Below are positions 1 through 10,925 of a DNA stretch of 64,000 nt, one piece after another. Both the position numbers and the translations under genes were made by a program. Under the pieces are notes generated by a model, which was given only the letters and a program-made list of their open reading frames with translations, was not told the DNA's origin and searched no databases. This DNA is from Balanoglossus misakiensis. Lineage: Eukaryota > Animalia > Hemichordata. Where the stretch lies: assembly GCA_040954595.2 (NCBI GenBank), contig CM082589.2, positions 2,786,075-2,850,074 of the forward strand, in the 5' to 3' direction. How positions within the stretch are numbered: the first letter of the stretch is position 1; each line of letters opens with the position of its first letter.

Positions 1-945
1 CGATGGGTGTTGGTTTTCAACACTTTCAGGGCGTATAACGGTGACTCAGAGAAAGTGAAGGAAGAGAAAAGAATTGTTCGCCCATTTGTCATTGCTTGAG
101 TTGTTTCTCAGCGATGCAGCGAAAGTAACCCAGACGGAAAATTCGACAGCGACGCGGAGGCAGATCATTCCACCTCGCCAGGAAACCCGTAGCCCCGGTG
201 CTTTGGGCGACTCTTGCTTCACTGCGCCCTTGGCCGGCCCCGCCGACATCACGCGAGGGAGACGAAATATGGGGGTATATAGCGGCAGGGTGGACTACAC
301 ACATGGCATTGCGGCAACTTACACGTTGCTAGTAGCGACGCGTTCACGGGGTTCGTTTCATTAACCGAGAGATATGTTTGAAACTTAATATGATTACTAA
401 AAGCCCCCGAACCTTGCGGCCTGTCATATTTTCAAATTGTGAAAATCGGAGAGGACGGGAAACCCGAAAACGACTCATTTTGTTAGCGCCGTGGTTGCCT
501 CGCCTCCGGTGCTGACTTTTACTTCCAAATTCGTTCGTAGTAGTTTATCTTATTTCAAATTAGCTCAGAGTCTCGCCCGATTTTCCATCACGTGTGAAAA
601 AATGCAATAATACTAACGGACATTTACAATTTTAAAAAGTAATTAAGCGAGCTCTCCCCCTAAGGCGAGCCGCGTAAACACGGCAACATTTGTCGATGGA
701 GCGCTGATCGGGTTCCTTCAAAGCCAAATCGAACTTGAATGTTTCTCAATATCCCTTGGCGATTGCGGCTCCGCAGTTGCATATGACCTTGTTCTAGTTA
801 CCGCTGCATGTAGCGGTACAAGCGAGTGTCGAAATCTCTATTGTATATTAACTTCGTTTCTCGTTGAGAAAGTGGCGAAACGAAGTTCACTATTTATACA
901 GGCAAACTTGTACTTTTAATTTTTTGCGTGCAAGGGGTACTAGTA

Positions 946-1083
946 TATTTCTCGTGTCTACCCCCCCCCCCCTCCGTTTATAAATTGTGTTCTGGCCCTT
1001 GCCACATGTATGCACAGTTGCTATTTCTCGTGGCTACCCCCTCCACCTATAAATTGTGTACTGGCCCTTGCCACATGTATGCA
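946..1083. repeat. Local tandem duplication, two ~62-69 nt copies
   Basis: tatttctcgtg[t/g]ctac(C)ntcc...tataaattgtgt[t/a]ctggcccttgccacatgtatgca occurs at 946-1014 and 1022-1083. The copies differ mainly in C-run length. Confidence 0.9.
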
Positions 1084-1853
1084 ATCACACAAACATGCCC
1101 CTGAAACTCCAAGCCATCGAAACAAACCACAGACAAGACGAGGATCAACAAGAACCAGTAATGACACAAAAGAAACCGGGAGTAATGAAAATGAATAACT
1201 GGTTAATTTGAACTCGGGGAGCCCCGCAGCTGGCTACTGATCGCAAGCTTGAACGATAAGATCGGGGTTTAATCGCAGTGGGTTTCATTTTATTTAGGGT
1301 GTAATTGGTCCTTCTGTTTGCTTTGATAATTGCTCAAGATGGCTAGGGATGCACTTTGATGGGGATCAGACATTGCTTAATTTTTATCAAGTTCACGTTT
1401 TTTTAAAGTTAAGCCGAAGTGTGAATGTAAATTTTGTGGTCCGTCTCTCATTCTTTGTCATCCCTTCGTGCTATTTAACCTCATTTTACGTTGAACCACG
1501 ATGTCTTTGGGGACTGCCACAGACGAGGAATTTAGGGATAATCATTTGATACCTCCCTGAGGGTAGCGCAGAGGGAAAATGGAAGCCATCAGCAATGGAC
1601 CAGATAAAGATTCAAACGATTATTTAATCAATATACTGCTTTACACAGTGATCACCATAAATGGGGTAAATAATGTCCCGTGCTTGTTGCTAGCCAAGGC
1701 ATTAAGTTTCATTTTGTTAAGAGTGGTGACATAGAACCGTTTTGTAAAATGTATATCATACATACTGTACACATACTGGCCCTTTAAACCATTCACTGAT
1801 GTGGGCATTTCTACAGACATAAACAGTAAATCATTTGTTTGTGCTTGGAAATG

Positions 1854-1859
1854 TTTATT
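1854..1859 (-). terminator. Candidate polyadenylation signal (AATAAA) for MRPL15
   Basis: TTTATT on the plus strand, ~220 nt after the stop codon. It is the first canonical hexamer I see downstream of the stop; actual usage is unverified. Confidence 0.5.
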
Positions 1860-2078
1860 GGGAAACAAAAAGAAAACAAAAGGGTTAATTGTGCATAATA
1901 TATGCCCCTTTAATGAACACACACAAGAACTGAAAAAAAATTACAAAGTCAGTATTTTTTGCAAAGGTCAAATTCAGTAATCTGGTAACATGCCCCATGA
2001 TGATCATGCTTCACAATGCATGTACACAGACTTTCTTCTCCGCACGATGGACAGTCCAGGCTTCTGCAGAGCATCCGC

Positions 2079-2540
2079 TCACGAATGGTAATACTCTTGC
2101 AGTTTCTCATCAGTTGGTTTCAGGACAACTCCATCTTTCAAATTCACTGTCCAGCCTGGTTGGAGGCCGAAGAACACCTGTCGTGGGTCTTTCCTCATCA
2201 TCAGCATTTTATACACGGGATCTTTGCTAATGTCCGGCAGCGCGTATCCGAATTTCTGCGCCAGCTTGTAACGCTGCACGCGTATCGCTTCCGGATCTGC
2301 CAGGTAGCCTCGGTTCTCTGCTTCCGTGTAGTACGGCACCAGGTCTTCCGGTGGCAGGCCGCGCTTGGGGATCGGCTTGCCCTGCTGGAAGAAGAGGAGA
2401 GGGTACGCCAGCGTGTACAGGCTCTGGAGATCGTAGAATGCGGTGGTGATGACGCCTCCTTGCTTCTCGATGGCTGCGATGGCGAGTTCCGATGCCCACT
2501 GCACCTCCAGGTTGATTTTAGCTTTAAAGGTGTCAGCTCC
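2079..2540 (-). CDS. MRPL15: MRPL15 coding exon 4 ([14 protein letters not shown]...KLQEYYHS*)
   Basis: Acceptor (TC)19-atttcag|GGA, TGA at 2081-2079, 462 nt. Lies within ORF 2079..2591 and is highly similar to the C-terminal half of MRPL15. Confidence 0.97.
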   Translation of the reverse strand, partial: GADTFKAKINLEVQWASELAIAAIEKQGGVITTAFYDLQSLYTLAYPLLFFQQGKPIPKRGLPPEDLVPYYTEAENRGYLADPEAIRVQRYKLAQKFGYALPDISKDPVYKMLMMRKDPRQVFFGLQPGWTVNLKDGVVLKPTDEKLQEYYHS

Positions 2541-2543
2541 CTG

Positions 2544-2588
<45 letters not shown>

Positions 2589-5500
2589 CAAATTTTATTT
2601 CATGGAACTTAGCTACAAGCCATTGCCCCCATCTGGATGAAATTTTCAAGTTTTAAATTAATGGACATTTGTGTCAGGGCAGGGAACATTTCTCAGATTC
2701 AATCTCTGAATCTGTTTTGCAACAATGAAGATGGCAAAATCTGGAGTACCTGGAAATTCCCAAACGCCAGTTTACGTGTGATGAAATTTACCGGCACAAC
2801 ATGTTTGGCCCACTTTCATGCCGAGTTACTCACTAGTTCCACGCAACTTGAGCCATTCAAAACAACCCCCGACCACATCAAAGTGCATCACGTTTCATGC
2901 TCGGCGATCGGTCCCTCATTTTTTTAAAAACCGGCATGCAGGAAATGGACACAACAAAAACACCACGAGTGCAGGGATGATTCGAGAAGATAATGAATAT
3001 ATCGCCATAGATACGGCTAAGAGTTAAAAAGCAAAAAGCTGGATGGCCCGGGGCCAACACATGAAACCCTGTATAAAAATAATAAGGCTCATCTCAAACA
3101 CATGTACAAATGAATAGGGAAATGGGCCGGGGAAGGAACAGCCCTTGAGCAATGAATTCAACCAGTACTTTTCAACCAAAACTAATTGACATATACCGTT
3201 TCACTGACAAAAAAAAATACATAAGTGTATAATTACAGGAGTGTGTCTTTCCCCTGTACAAAGCACCATTACTGCAGATTTCTTTTCCTCTCTACGATCA
3301 TCCACGTCAGCTTTAACGGAACAGGTCAGTTTTTAATATATTGAAACAATTTTTAAAAGAAAACTTCCAGTAATGATCACCGATAATTAGCGGTGTTAAC
3401 TGACATCTCAAAGCAACCCAGCTGTTTGGGGCACATGATGTCTGACAAATAAACGCTCAACTGAAAAGTTGGCCAGAAAATCCTCTGGTAATTTGAGCAA
3501 ATAAAACGCAAGCGCTTGGTGTACAGCTGATATGGATTTGACCGGCACAGATTGTTTTACGATCGTGTGCGTAAAGCTCAAAGAGATCGTAAAATAGTTC
3601 TTCTATGCCCTGACGCTAATTATTGCGGCTACAGGTGGTTTTATCGCTAACAGTACCACAATGTGAAAATCCCTCCACACCTGCATATCATGGACCGGTG
3701 GCTAATACCAATGGCTCCCGAGGGGGCAGTCTTTAATTCGCCTACGTTAGTTTGTATTGCGCGCTGAGTGAATCAGTGTCACCTGGTACTCAGGCTGTTG
3801 CATATTGTGTCACCAATAATTACATGTATTACATAATTTTGATTTCAGACTCAGGGTAGGGGCCATTACATTTCATTAACCCTCTGGTCATCAGTGTTTC
3901 AAGCAGCAACCTTTACTTTTTATCAAACATGCCTGAATGAATATTCCCTCCTTAAGTTCACACAGGGGCGAAATTAATTTATTGTGTAGTCTATCCAAAG
4001 ACTCTATAAGTGGAAAATACAGTGACCATATCTTTAGAGAAGTCTGTACGGTACCTCGTCTCTGAGTTGGACACCATATTGCTTTTTGTATATGTCGATA
4101 TCCAGCGCCCGGCAGTTGCACAGCGAGGTGATGTCGATGGGCTGTGATGCATCCAATCTTCCCACGTCGATCAGGTGTTGTATCTTTGATAATGTGATCA
4201 CTGGGTACTCTCGCTTTCTCCTGGTGAAAAAAGGAAACAAAATCAACTTTAATGCAACACAAAATGGCAACTGTCCCCAAGAGGGCAGGCGTGCCTGTAA
4301 CATGCCTCAGACTTTGTCTCGGCCTTTAACTACAAGCTTCTGATCACACTCTGTCCTAAAGCATTCATGATGCGTAATTTTTGATGTCAACTCCAGCTTT
4401 TTGCCATCAGCTTGTACTTGCAAATATAGTTGGCTGAGTAAACTGAATAACTGAGTTCATGTATGGCTACTGTCTCTAAAGATGGCTGCCTCCGTGAACA
4501 AAATAGCGCCCCCAAAGTTGTCCACTCCGAAGGCACAGACAGTAGTCAAAACTAAATTTCATAAACTCTCAGGAGACAGCTGAATTCAAAACCTTTATTA
4601 GGCTCTACAGAAATAAGAAAATTGTTCACTGGAGATTCTTGAAACACAGTCTTGTGTGAAGTGGACAGACTGGGTTCACTGTAGACCAGTGTCACAATGT
4701 ATCCAACTTCACCCACTCATGTGACGAGTCTTGTACTCACGAATAATCTTGGTAGTAGGGGTACTTGGGTATCAACAGGTAGAAGGGCGTGTCTCCGCCA
4801 CTGAAGCCAACCCTTGGCAGAGTCCCTCTCTGGTGCTGGCCTTTGTGACCCCGCCCGCATTTCTTCCCCATTTTACCTCCACGCCTTGTATTTTTCTACA
4901 AAATAAACACACAGAGACAGAACCAGTGAAAAAGGCTGGTTAGTTTCAGTTGGTGCAATATCAGAACGACAGCAAAAGTGACCAAAATCGATGCTTCAGG
5001 TCAACCATGCTACTGTCCAGGAATTGTGCAGTATTAAATGTTGTTGAAAGTATTTTGATAATCATTGGCGTTTTATGACAGCACAAGTGGCCGCACAGAT
5101 TTTCCAAGACTTTGCAGAATTTAATTTCATGGCTTCACAGAGTAGTTTCAAACCAACAGGACTTTCCCGGAGATTCCTCGTAGCCAAGTATTGTGCCACA
5201 GGGGACACCAGCGGGTAATGCCAGCATTTGCTGACATGCAAACAGACTCCTCTGTTTCATCTCTTCTCTTACTGCTAAACTTCTACTTGTATGCATTGAC
5301 AAAAGTTCTAAGAAACTGACAGAGCCAGAAATGTTGGCTTTCAAGCATCTGCATTGCACAGACTCTGTGTTTGTAACAAGGCGACATTGTTCCGTTGTCG
5401 GTGTCAAGATCAGCTGCACTGATCTCTCTGAAGATCTCTGATGAAACACACTTCCTGTACATGCCATATTCTCGTATATCTTGTCATCAAACCAAAATCT

Positions 5501-8500
5501 GGCAATCTGATTTTTTTCTCTTTCTAAACTGGGAAAATACCAGCGTTTCTATATTGACTCTCAAAATTTAGTATCTATAACTCTGTGAAATCGAAAACTG
5601 ACATCGTCACATTTTGAAATCAAGCTCTGACTCGGCTGACAACACTACGAAGATGATTACTTCAAAATCACAGAGGCAAGCGTTCATCATACCATGACTG
5701 TATCATTGCATATATGTATTCATCTTTCCAGCCGCTAGTACAGCAGGCCCAGTGGCGGCTCATAACAGTAATCAAATCAGCATACATAGAGCAATGACAG
5801 ACCCCACAGCAATATTTAGTCTAGAAAGAGTGCACAGAGACTCGGGCTTATTCCACTGCCTCCGAGACCACACCGTGATTTGAGTCATTTCTACAGGCAG
5901 GGCCAATTATTAACATTAACCGATACATCACTTCGGGTGTCGAGAAAAAGAGACATGTATATCAGCCTGGGCGTATTTACATTCAGCAGAGCGATTTGAG
6001 AAAATGCGGAGTTGACCTCTGCTGCCGTCTCCTGAAGACGCTTAATATGAAAACGTATAACTGGTAACAGTCGCCTGGCAACAGAATGATGGAACTGAAC
6101 TCCAGCATGTTTTCTGTGTTGGATTCGTTGATAGGCTTCAACGCAGCTGGCGAAAATTAAAAATTACATTTCAACTTTCAGATATATACTACTAGACACG
6201 AAACATAACATGCACAGTGTAATAATAGTAGTTCACACACAGCATTCCAAAATCTACTCTTGTTTTTGCTATTTTGTGGTAACTTGCATGTGTCTGTGCA
6301 TCAGGGGCATGGATCAATCCTTACTCAGAAAATGTTTTGCATAATAGGTGTCCTGTCATGCAAGGAGCCAATCAGGAAGTGTCTCCTAACACAACATCTG
6401 TTGTATCACCTATTCTGTATTCTGATTGGCTATTCAAAAGAGTGAGCTTTGACTGTCAGGGAGGGGGGTTTCAGTATCAGACAGAAATGGATCACATCAT
6501 TATATTTTGGACCAATTTCAGAATCAGCTTCAGATTGGAATGACCCAAAGTACTGGAAATATCCCATGATTCACTTGGATTTCTACCACTGGACACGCCC
6601 CAATGAAGTCTGCTGTGTCTTGGTCCCCCGTGTTGGCAAACTTACAGGTTAGTTTGATAAATTTTGAAAACATACTTTGAAGCACACCTTTTCCCCCCAT
6701 GCCCAGGCTTAAACAATTTGGAAAATTATGATAGACTGAGAGAAGACTGGGCATTTTTGTAAAATTTTCCTGTGGTTCTCCTTAGCCATGCAGAAGACAA
6801 GTTGCACCTGTTGTGTAAAACAAAGGAAATTTGCATGTTCACTTTTCTGAGAGACTGACCCTTTCAGTTGTCTCTCAAAACATGGCATTTTTTTGTCCCT
6901 GCACTGTGATGTGTTTGGTCTTCAGGGGTCAATTTGAAAGTTTTACTGTAAAATCTGAACATACTTGTACCATGGAAAATGTAATGTTTATTAAGGTGCT
7001 TCCTATAATTGTTGAAATGTAGACTAGAAAATGTTATTAGAAAGGCAACCTTTGATGGTACAATTCAAGGAGAATTACATGTACAGATAATCTATTATAC
7101 TGTGTGACCCATTCTAGGTGAAACTGACTTGTAAATATTTATATCACCATGTTGTACATCGAGCATAAATTGTTAGCAGTAATGATTAGTGCGTTCTGCA
7201 GTCTGAGTGCGAAACCTAAATCTGTATGCGTATAAAAATCATCCCGAGCACAGCCCGGGGGCAATGTACCTTGAAATCCATCAGAGAAGTCATAGCGGCT
7301 TTTATTAGATGTCATCAAATTTCACTGATGAAAATGTACTGTATGCAAATATCACTGCGGTACACTTTCTGTTCACGCGGCGGCCATCTTGCAGATTACA
7401 ATTTGAAAGACAGGCGATAAGAAAAAGATGACCATAAACTGGCTGTATCTCTCTTGCTATTTCTTGGCTCAGGAAAAAAGATGGCTGACTCATATTGCAC
7501 ATTGAATTTGCAAGTTAACGGCCTTGTCCACCTGCTGAGAAGAAATATAGTAACTAGCATCCACTTGATGTAAATTACGCATGGATTTGTTGTCAGATTA
7601 GAGTCCAGACAGGGCTAATTATTTTACAATACCACAACTCTTTGACCCAATCAAAAGAAAAACACTAACTGTGATTATCTATGATTGACTTCAAAGGGAT
7701 GCCAATTACATCATCATCTCAGCAGGTCATCACGCATGAAGCTTGCAATTTCTACAGGCAGCAATGCTGGACTGTTATTTTCTTTTGACAGAGCCAAGAA
7801 AAGGCCGGATAGATACTAGACTATTTCCATAGTGAGAGATCAAACTGTTTGCTACCCTGCACATGATTTTGTACAGTAGGTCCAGAGTTTACTCAGATAT
7901 ATGCCTTTAAGCCCCCATCCCATGGGTACAGCTAAAGCTTTTTATCCCCACCCTACCCTTTTGCGTATGACCCAATATGTAGGTAAACTAGCTGTGTTCA
8001 CCTAATTCCAGGTTTTGACTTAGTTCTCTAGTTTCTGACCGACTTCAAGATATCAAGCTTAGCTGTTGTTCTTTGCTTCGGGACATAATAGGCAGGCCCG
8101 ATTCACAGCCTGAAACAATTGCCATTCATAGTGTATGTATGGCAGGCCAATTATACCTAATTATATATGGTAATCTCAGACTAGATGAAACAAGCGAAGA
8201 CATCCATGATTTTATACAAAATAGCGTATTAATTAATCTGACAAACCATGCACCTGGGTACGGATATTAGAATCACATCATTTGTTTAATATGAAACCCT
8301 TTCACAATCAATGCTTAATTGGCACAATTCCCATTGTGTTTTTATGGTAAAGTTGGAAAGAATTACACAAAAATGGGTGTGAAAGAAGTGAAGGTTTAGA
8401 ATCTGTGAGGAGCCATTTTCAATGCAGCAAATATCGACACAGGTCTCCTTTCTACAAGATGACCAATAGCTCATTTATATTGAATTATTAACTACAAATA

Positions 8501-10883
8501 ATGAGAAATTACAAGAAAATTTCTTCTTTAGATTAGATCTTGGCATCTGCTGAGTAAACCGTGATAATTTTCTTCGACAATTCAGGTAGATATCCGAGAT
8601 GTACTAATTCAAAGAATTCAATGAAAAAAGCCAAGGACACTTGCATAGTTAAATTGCACAAAATATTAAAGCCCCAATACTTGGTATTGAACAGTTCGTG
8701 TCTTTTGGGGAAGACGGTGGGTTTGGGAAATTGGAATCATCCTGAAGGATCATAAATTTATGCCCTGGGGAACTTCACTACCGATGGATTTTCCGAAAAA
8801 TAATCCTATCAGATAATAATCGCGTTAATAATATCTAGCTCGCATAAATATTGTAAAGGTTTCAAATAAATAACCTACATCCGTTCTGTCAACAGCAAAA
8901 GTAGACTTTGAATCGGTGCCTGCAAAATTGACAAAAGCCTTGCATGTGCGCATATGTTTTGACCCTTTCACCACCATGGTTCGGTCCAAGCTCATTGTTT
9001 CCTATGGTAAGGTTGGACCTCTGAAGAGGGAAGTGGGGGGGGGGGGGGGGGGGTGAAAGGGTTAAAGAAAGGAGCAGTGAAGGCAGAGTCAAAGCAGGTG
9101 TTTGGTTGTGTAGAAGTGACTTAATGTAGGAAAGAGTCGTTCGTCAGAAGAATACATTTAGACCATAGGGCTGAGTAGAAGTACTAGACAACATGTCTTG
9201 GGTAGGGGTCAGAGTTGTCAAACTTTGACATGACTTCAAAAGTTATCACAAAAGTTTCTTTTTCCCACTGGGGTGCTTGCCGTCTGCTCTGCTTGAGAGA
9301 GAGGGCCCTCTTGTGATGAAACAGGGAGATTCAGTGCAGATGGCTGCTCACTGCTCCGCAATAAACGACAGCTGATAAGATTGAGGCAGATATTGACATC
9401 ATCTGCTCACCAATCACGATATCGTGGTGGTTTTTCCAAAAGCCACTGCTGTACGGTATCTGCTTTCTTGAGAAAAAAAGGGTCTTTTTGGCCTGTCTTA
9501 CTATAGAAGAAAATAAATTTGGGTCAAAATTTTAAAATGTGTATCATACCATTTAAGACGCTTTGTCGAGAAAAGGGCCAACAGCTAAATTGATATGCTG
9601 ACGTAGTCAGACAGAAGACATATATGTTTGTTATCAATGCCACGACACGATATTTTGTCCGTTTCTATTTCTGCAACATCTGGTGTTCATCGCTTTGGGA
9701 AATTTGGGCGGCATGCCTGGGCGTGTGGTAAACTGAGGATCTTAATACTGGCGCTACAATGATCTTTTGAAGTTCCGACATGATTGTATTTGGCTGGATG
9801 CCACAGGTAATCCTCTCAGTTGACCTTGAATGCAAAATGTATCGTTTTTGTTATTTTGGGTGAGTGTTCCCATTTGCAAAGCCTGCGAATTTTTCTCAAT
9901 AGGCGTACAATAGCTTCTACTCTGGTGCCCGTAGTATAAAAATTAAACGTGCAGCTAAATAAAAAAAAAATTCAAACTGAGCTTTCCCTGTAGATTGCAT
10001 TCGTTTCAGTGGAACACACATTGATGGGGCAGTCCCCGCAGTCCTTTTTGCAGAAAAAGACCATCGTGGAATTGTGCAACAACACCTTGGCAAATAGCTT
10101 TCGATTTCCAGTGTTGACGGCCACGTTCAACCTGTTTGCTGCAGCACTATTGAAACTTAATCCCCATCACAGATAATACCGCATAGATCAATCATCAGTG
10201 GTTATCATTTCAATCTTCTGCTTTGTGCACGTTGCTTTCTTTCAAAAAAGCAATCATCCGTTTTAGGTTTATTATTACTAGACAAGAAATTCCCGTAAGA
10301 GCAATCCCTTGTATGGCTGCACTTGGAAACGTTTACTTTGAATCAGACCTTGAGCCATCTGTGCATGCAAGTGAATTTTTCGGGGGGGTTTCCTGCTTTT
10401 TACAGTGATTCGTGAGTATCAACATCGTACCGTAGTCATGACCTCGTCAAAGGTCATAGGTTGTAAGTTCACCTGGCCAGGTGACCTCATCTGAGAACGT
10501 GTCACAAACTGATTTCAGCCATACCATCGAGAGATGGATGGGTCATGTAAGACCTGTGAAAAGAATCGATTATTCAGGCAGCATTTTGTTCATTGCCATA
10601 GTACATGTAAGCCGAATTGTCCATTACACACACGGCTGAAACGAACACACCGCTCTGCACATTGCACACAGTGTAAACACACAGTGTGTAGCGGGCATGG
10701 CATATGATATGGCAGTCAGACCTTCGCGATAATTAAAGGTTACAGACTTCCCACTATTCGACCACGCTTCCCTTTCTGTACCTGTTTCCTCGCTCCTTTA
10801 TTATTCTTGATATTCGTCAGTGACACGCGGGGCATGCTTCGCAGTATTTCCACCGCACGTTGGCTTCCTCCCCGCGCCGCCAT
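2079..10883 (-). CDS. MRPL15: Mitochondrial large ribosomal subunit protein uL15m (39S L15), complete 4-exon CDS: join(10782..10883,4741..4895,4055..4220,2079..2540), 294 aa
   Basis: Manual splicing gives an uninterrupted 885-nt frame (102+155+166+462) with GT-AG introns of 5886, 520 and 1514 nt and consistent phases 0/2/0. The protein [26 protein letters not shown]...[29 protein letters not shown]...[26 protein letters not shown]...NRGYLADP...[15 protein letters not shown]...[13 protein letters not shown] matches the metazoan MRPL15 sequence I know (human ~296 aa) end to end. Confidence 0.97.
2548..2585. repeat. (GA)19 microsatellite forming the polypyrimidine tract of MRPL15 intron 3
   Basis: Perfect dinucleotide run ending 5 nt from the acceptor AG on the minus strand. 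Confidence 0.95.
4055..4220 (-). CDS. MRPL15: MRPL15 coding exon 3 ([55 protein letters not shown])
   Basis: Acceptor ttccttttttcaccag|, donor GAG|GTACCG, 166 nt. Lies within ORF 4034..4303 and matches human LQYLIDLGRVDPSQPIDLT...YGVQL. Confidence 0.96.
4741..4895 (-). CDS. MRPL15: MRPL15 coding exon 2 ([52 protein letters not shown])
   Basis: Acceptor tttattttgtag|, donor |GTGAGT, 155 nt. Contains the uL15 signature GRGHKG..QRG..PR.GF.GG.TP. Missed by the ORF track. Confidence 0.96.
9035..9053. repeat. G19 homopolymer in MRPL15 intron 1
   Basis: Direct reading. Confidence 0.95.
10782..10883 (-). CDS. MRPL15: MRPL15 coding exon 1 ([34 protein letters not shown])
   Basis: ATG at 10883-10881 in AAGATGGCG context. 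Resembles the human N-terminus (ALDLLRGLPRVSLANLK). Donor CAG|GTACAG at 10781, phase 0. Confidence 0.92.
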
Positions 10884-10925
10884 CTTGAATTTTACCCAGG
10901 ATCCCCTGGACCACAATCCCTTGCG
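10876..10925 (-). promoter_or_regulatory. MRPL15 core promoter: YY1 motif over the start codon plus two overlapping Staf/ZNF143-like sites
   Basis: AAGATGGCGGC (minus strand, 10886-10876). On the plus strand, TTACCCAGGATCCCCTGGA (10892-10910) and TGGACCACAATCCCTTGCG (10907-10925) match 17/19 and 16/19 of the Staf consensus YYWCCCRNMATSCMYYRCR. Confidence 0.6.

Noticed and set aside
370-381. Partial matches to conserved miRNAs (miR-190-like here, miR-10-like near 9986, miR-133-like near 21079)
   Set aside because: Only 10-12 nt match, the 3' parts diverge, and there is no precursor hairpin.
2016-2549. 177-aa plus-strand ORF, and a 90-aa alternative-frame ORF at 2227..2499
   Set aside because: These are shadows of the GC-rich MRPL15 exon 4 with no independent coding signal.
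4453-4568. Imperfect inverted repeat in MRPL15 intron 2 (ctactgtct/agacagtag)
   Set aside because: Only ~9-bp arms with an indel and no target-site duplication, which is too weak to call a MITE or structured RNA.
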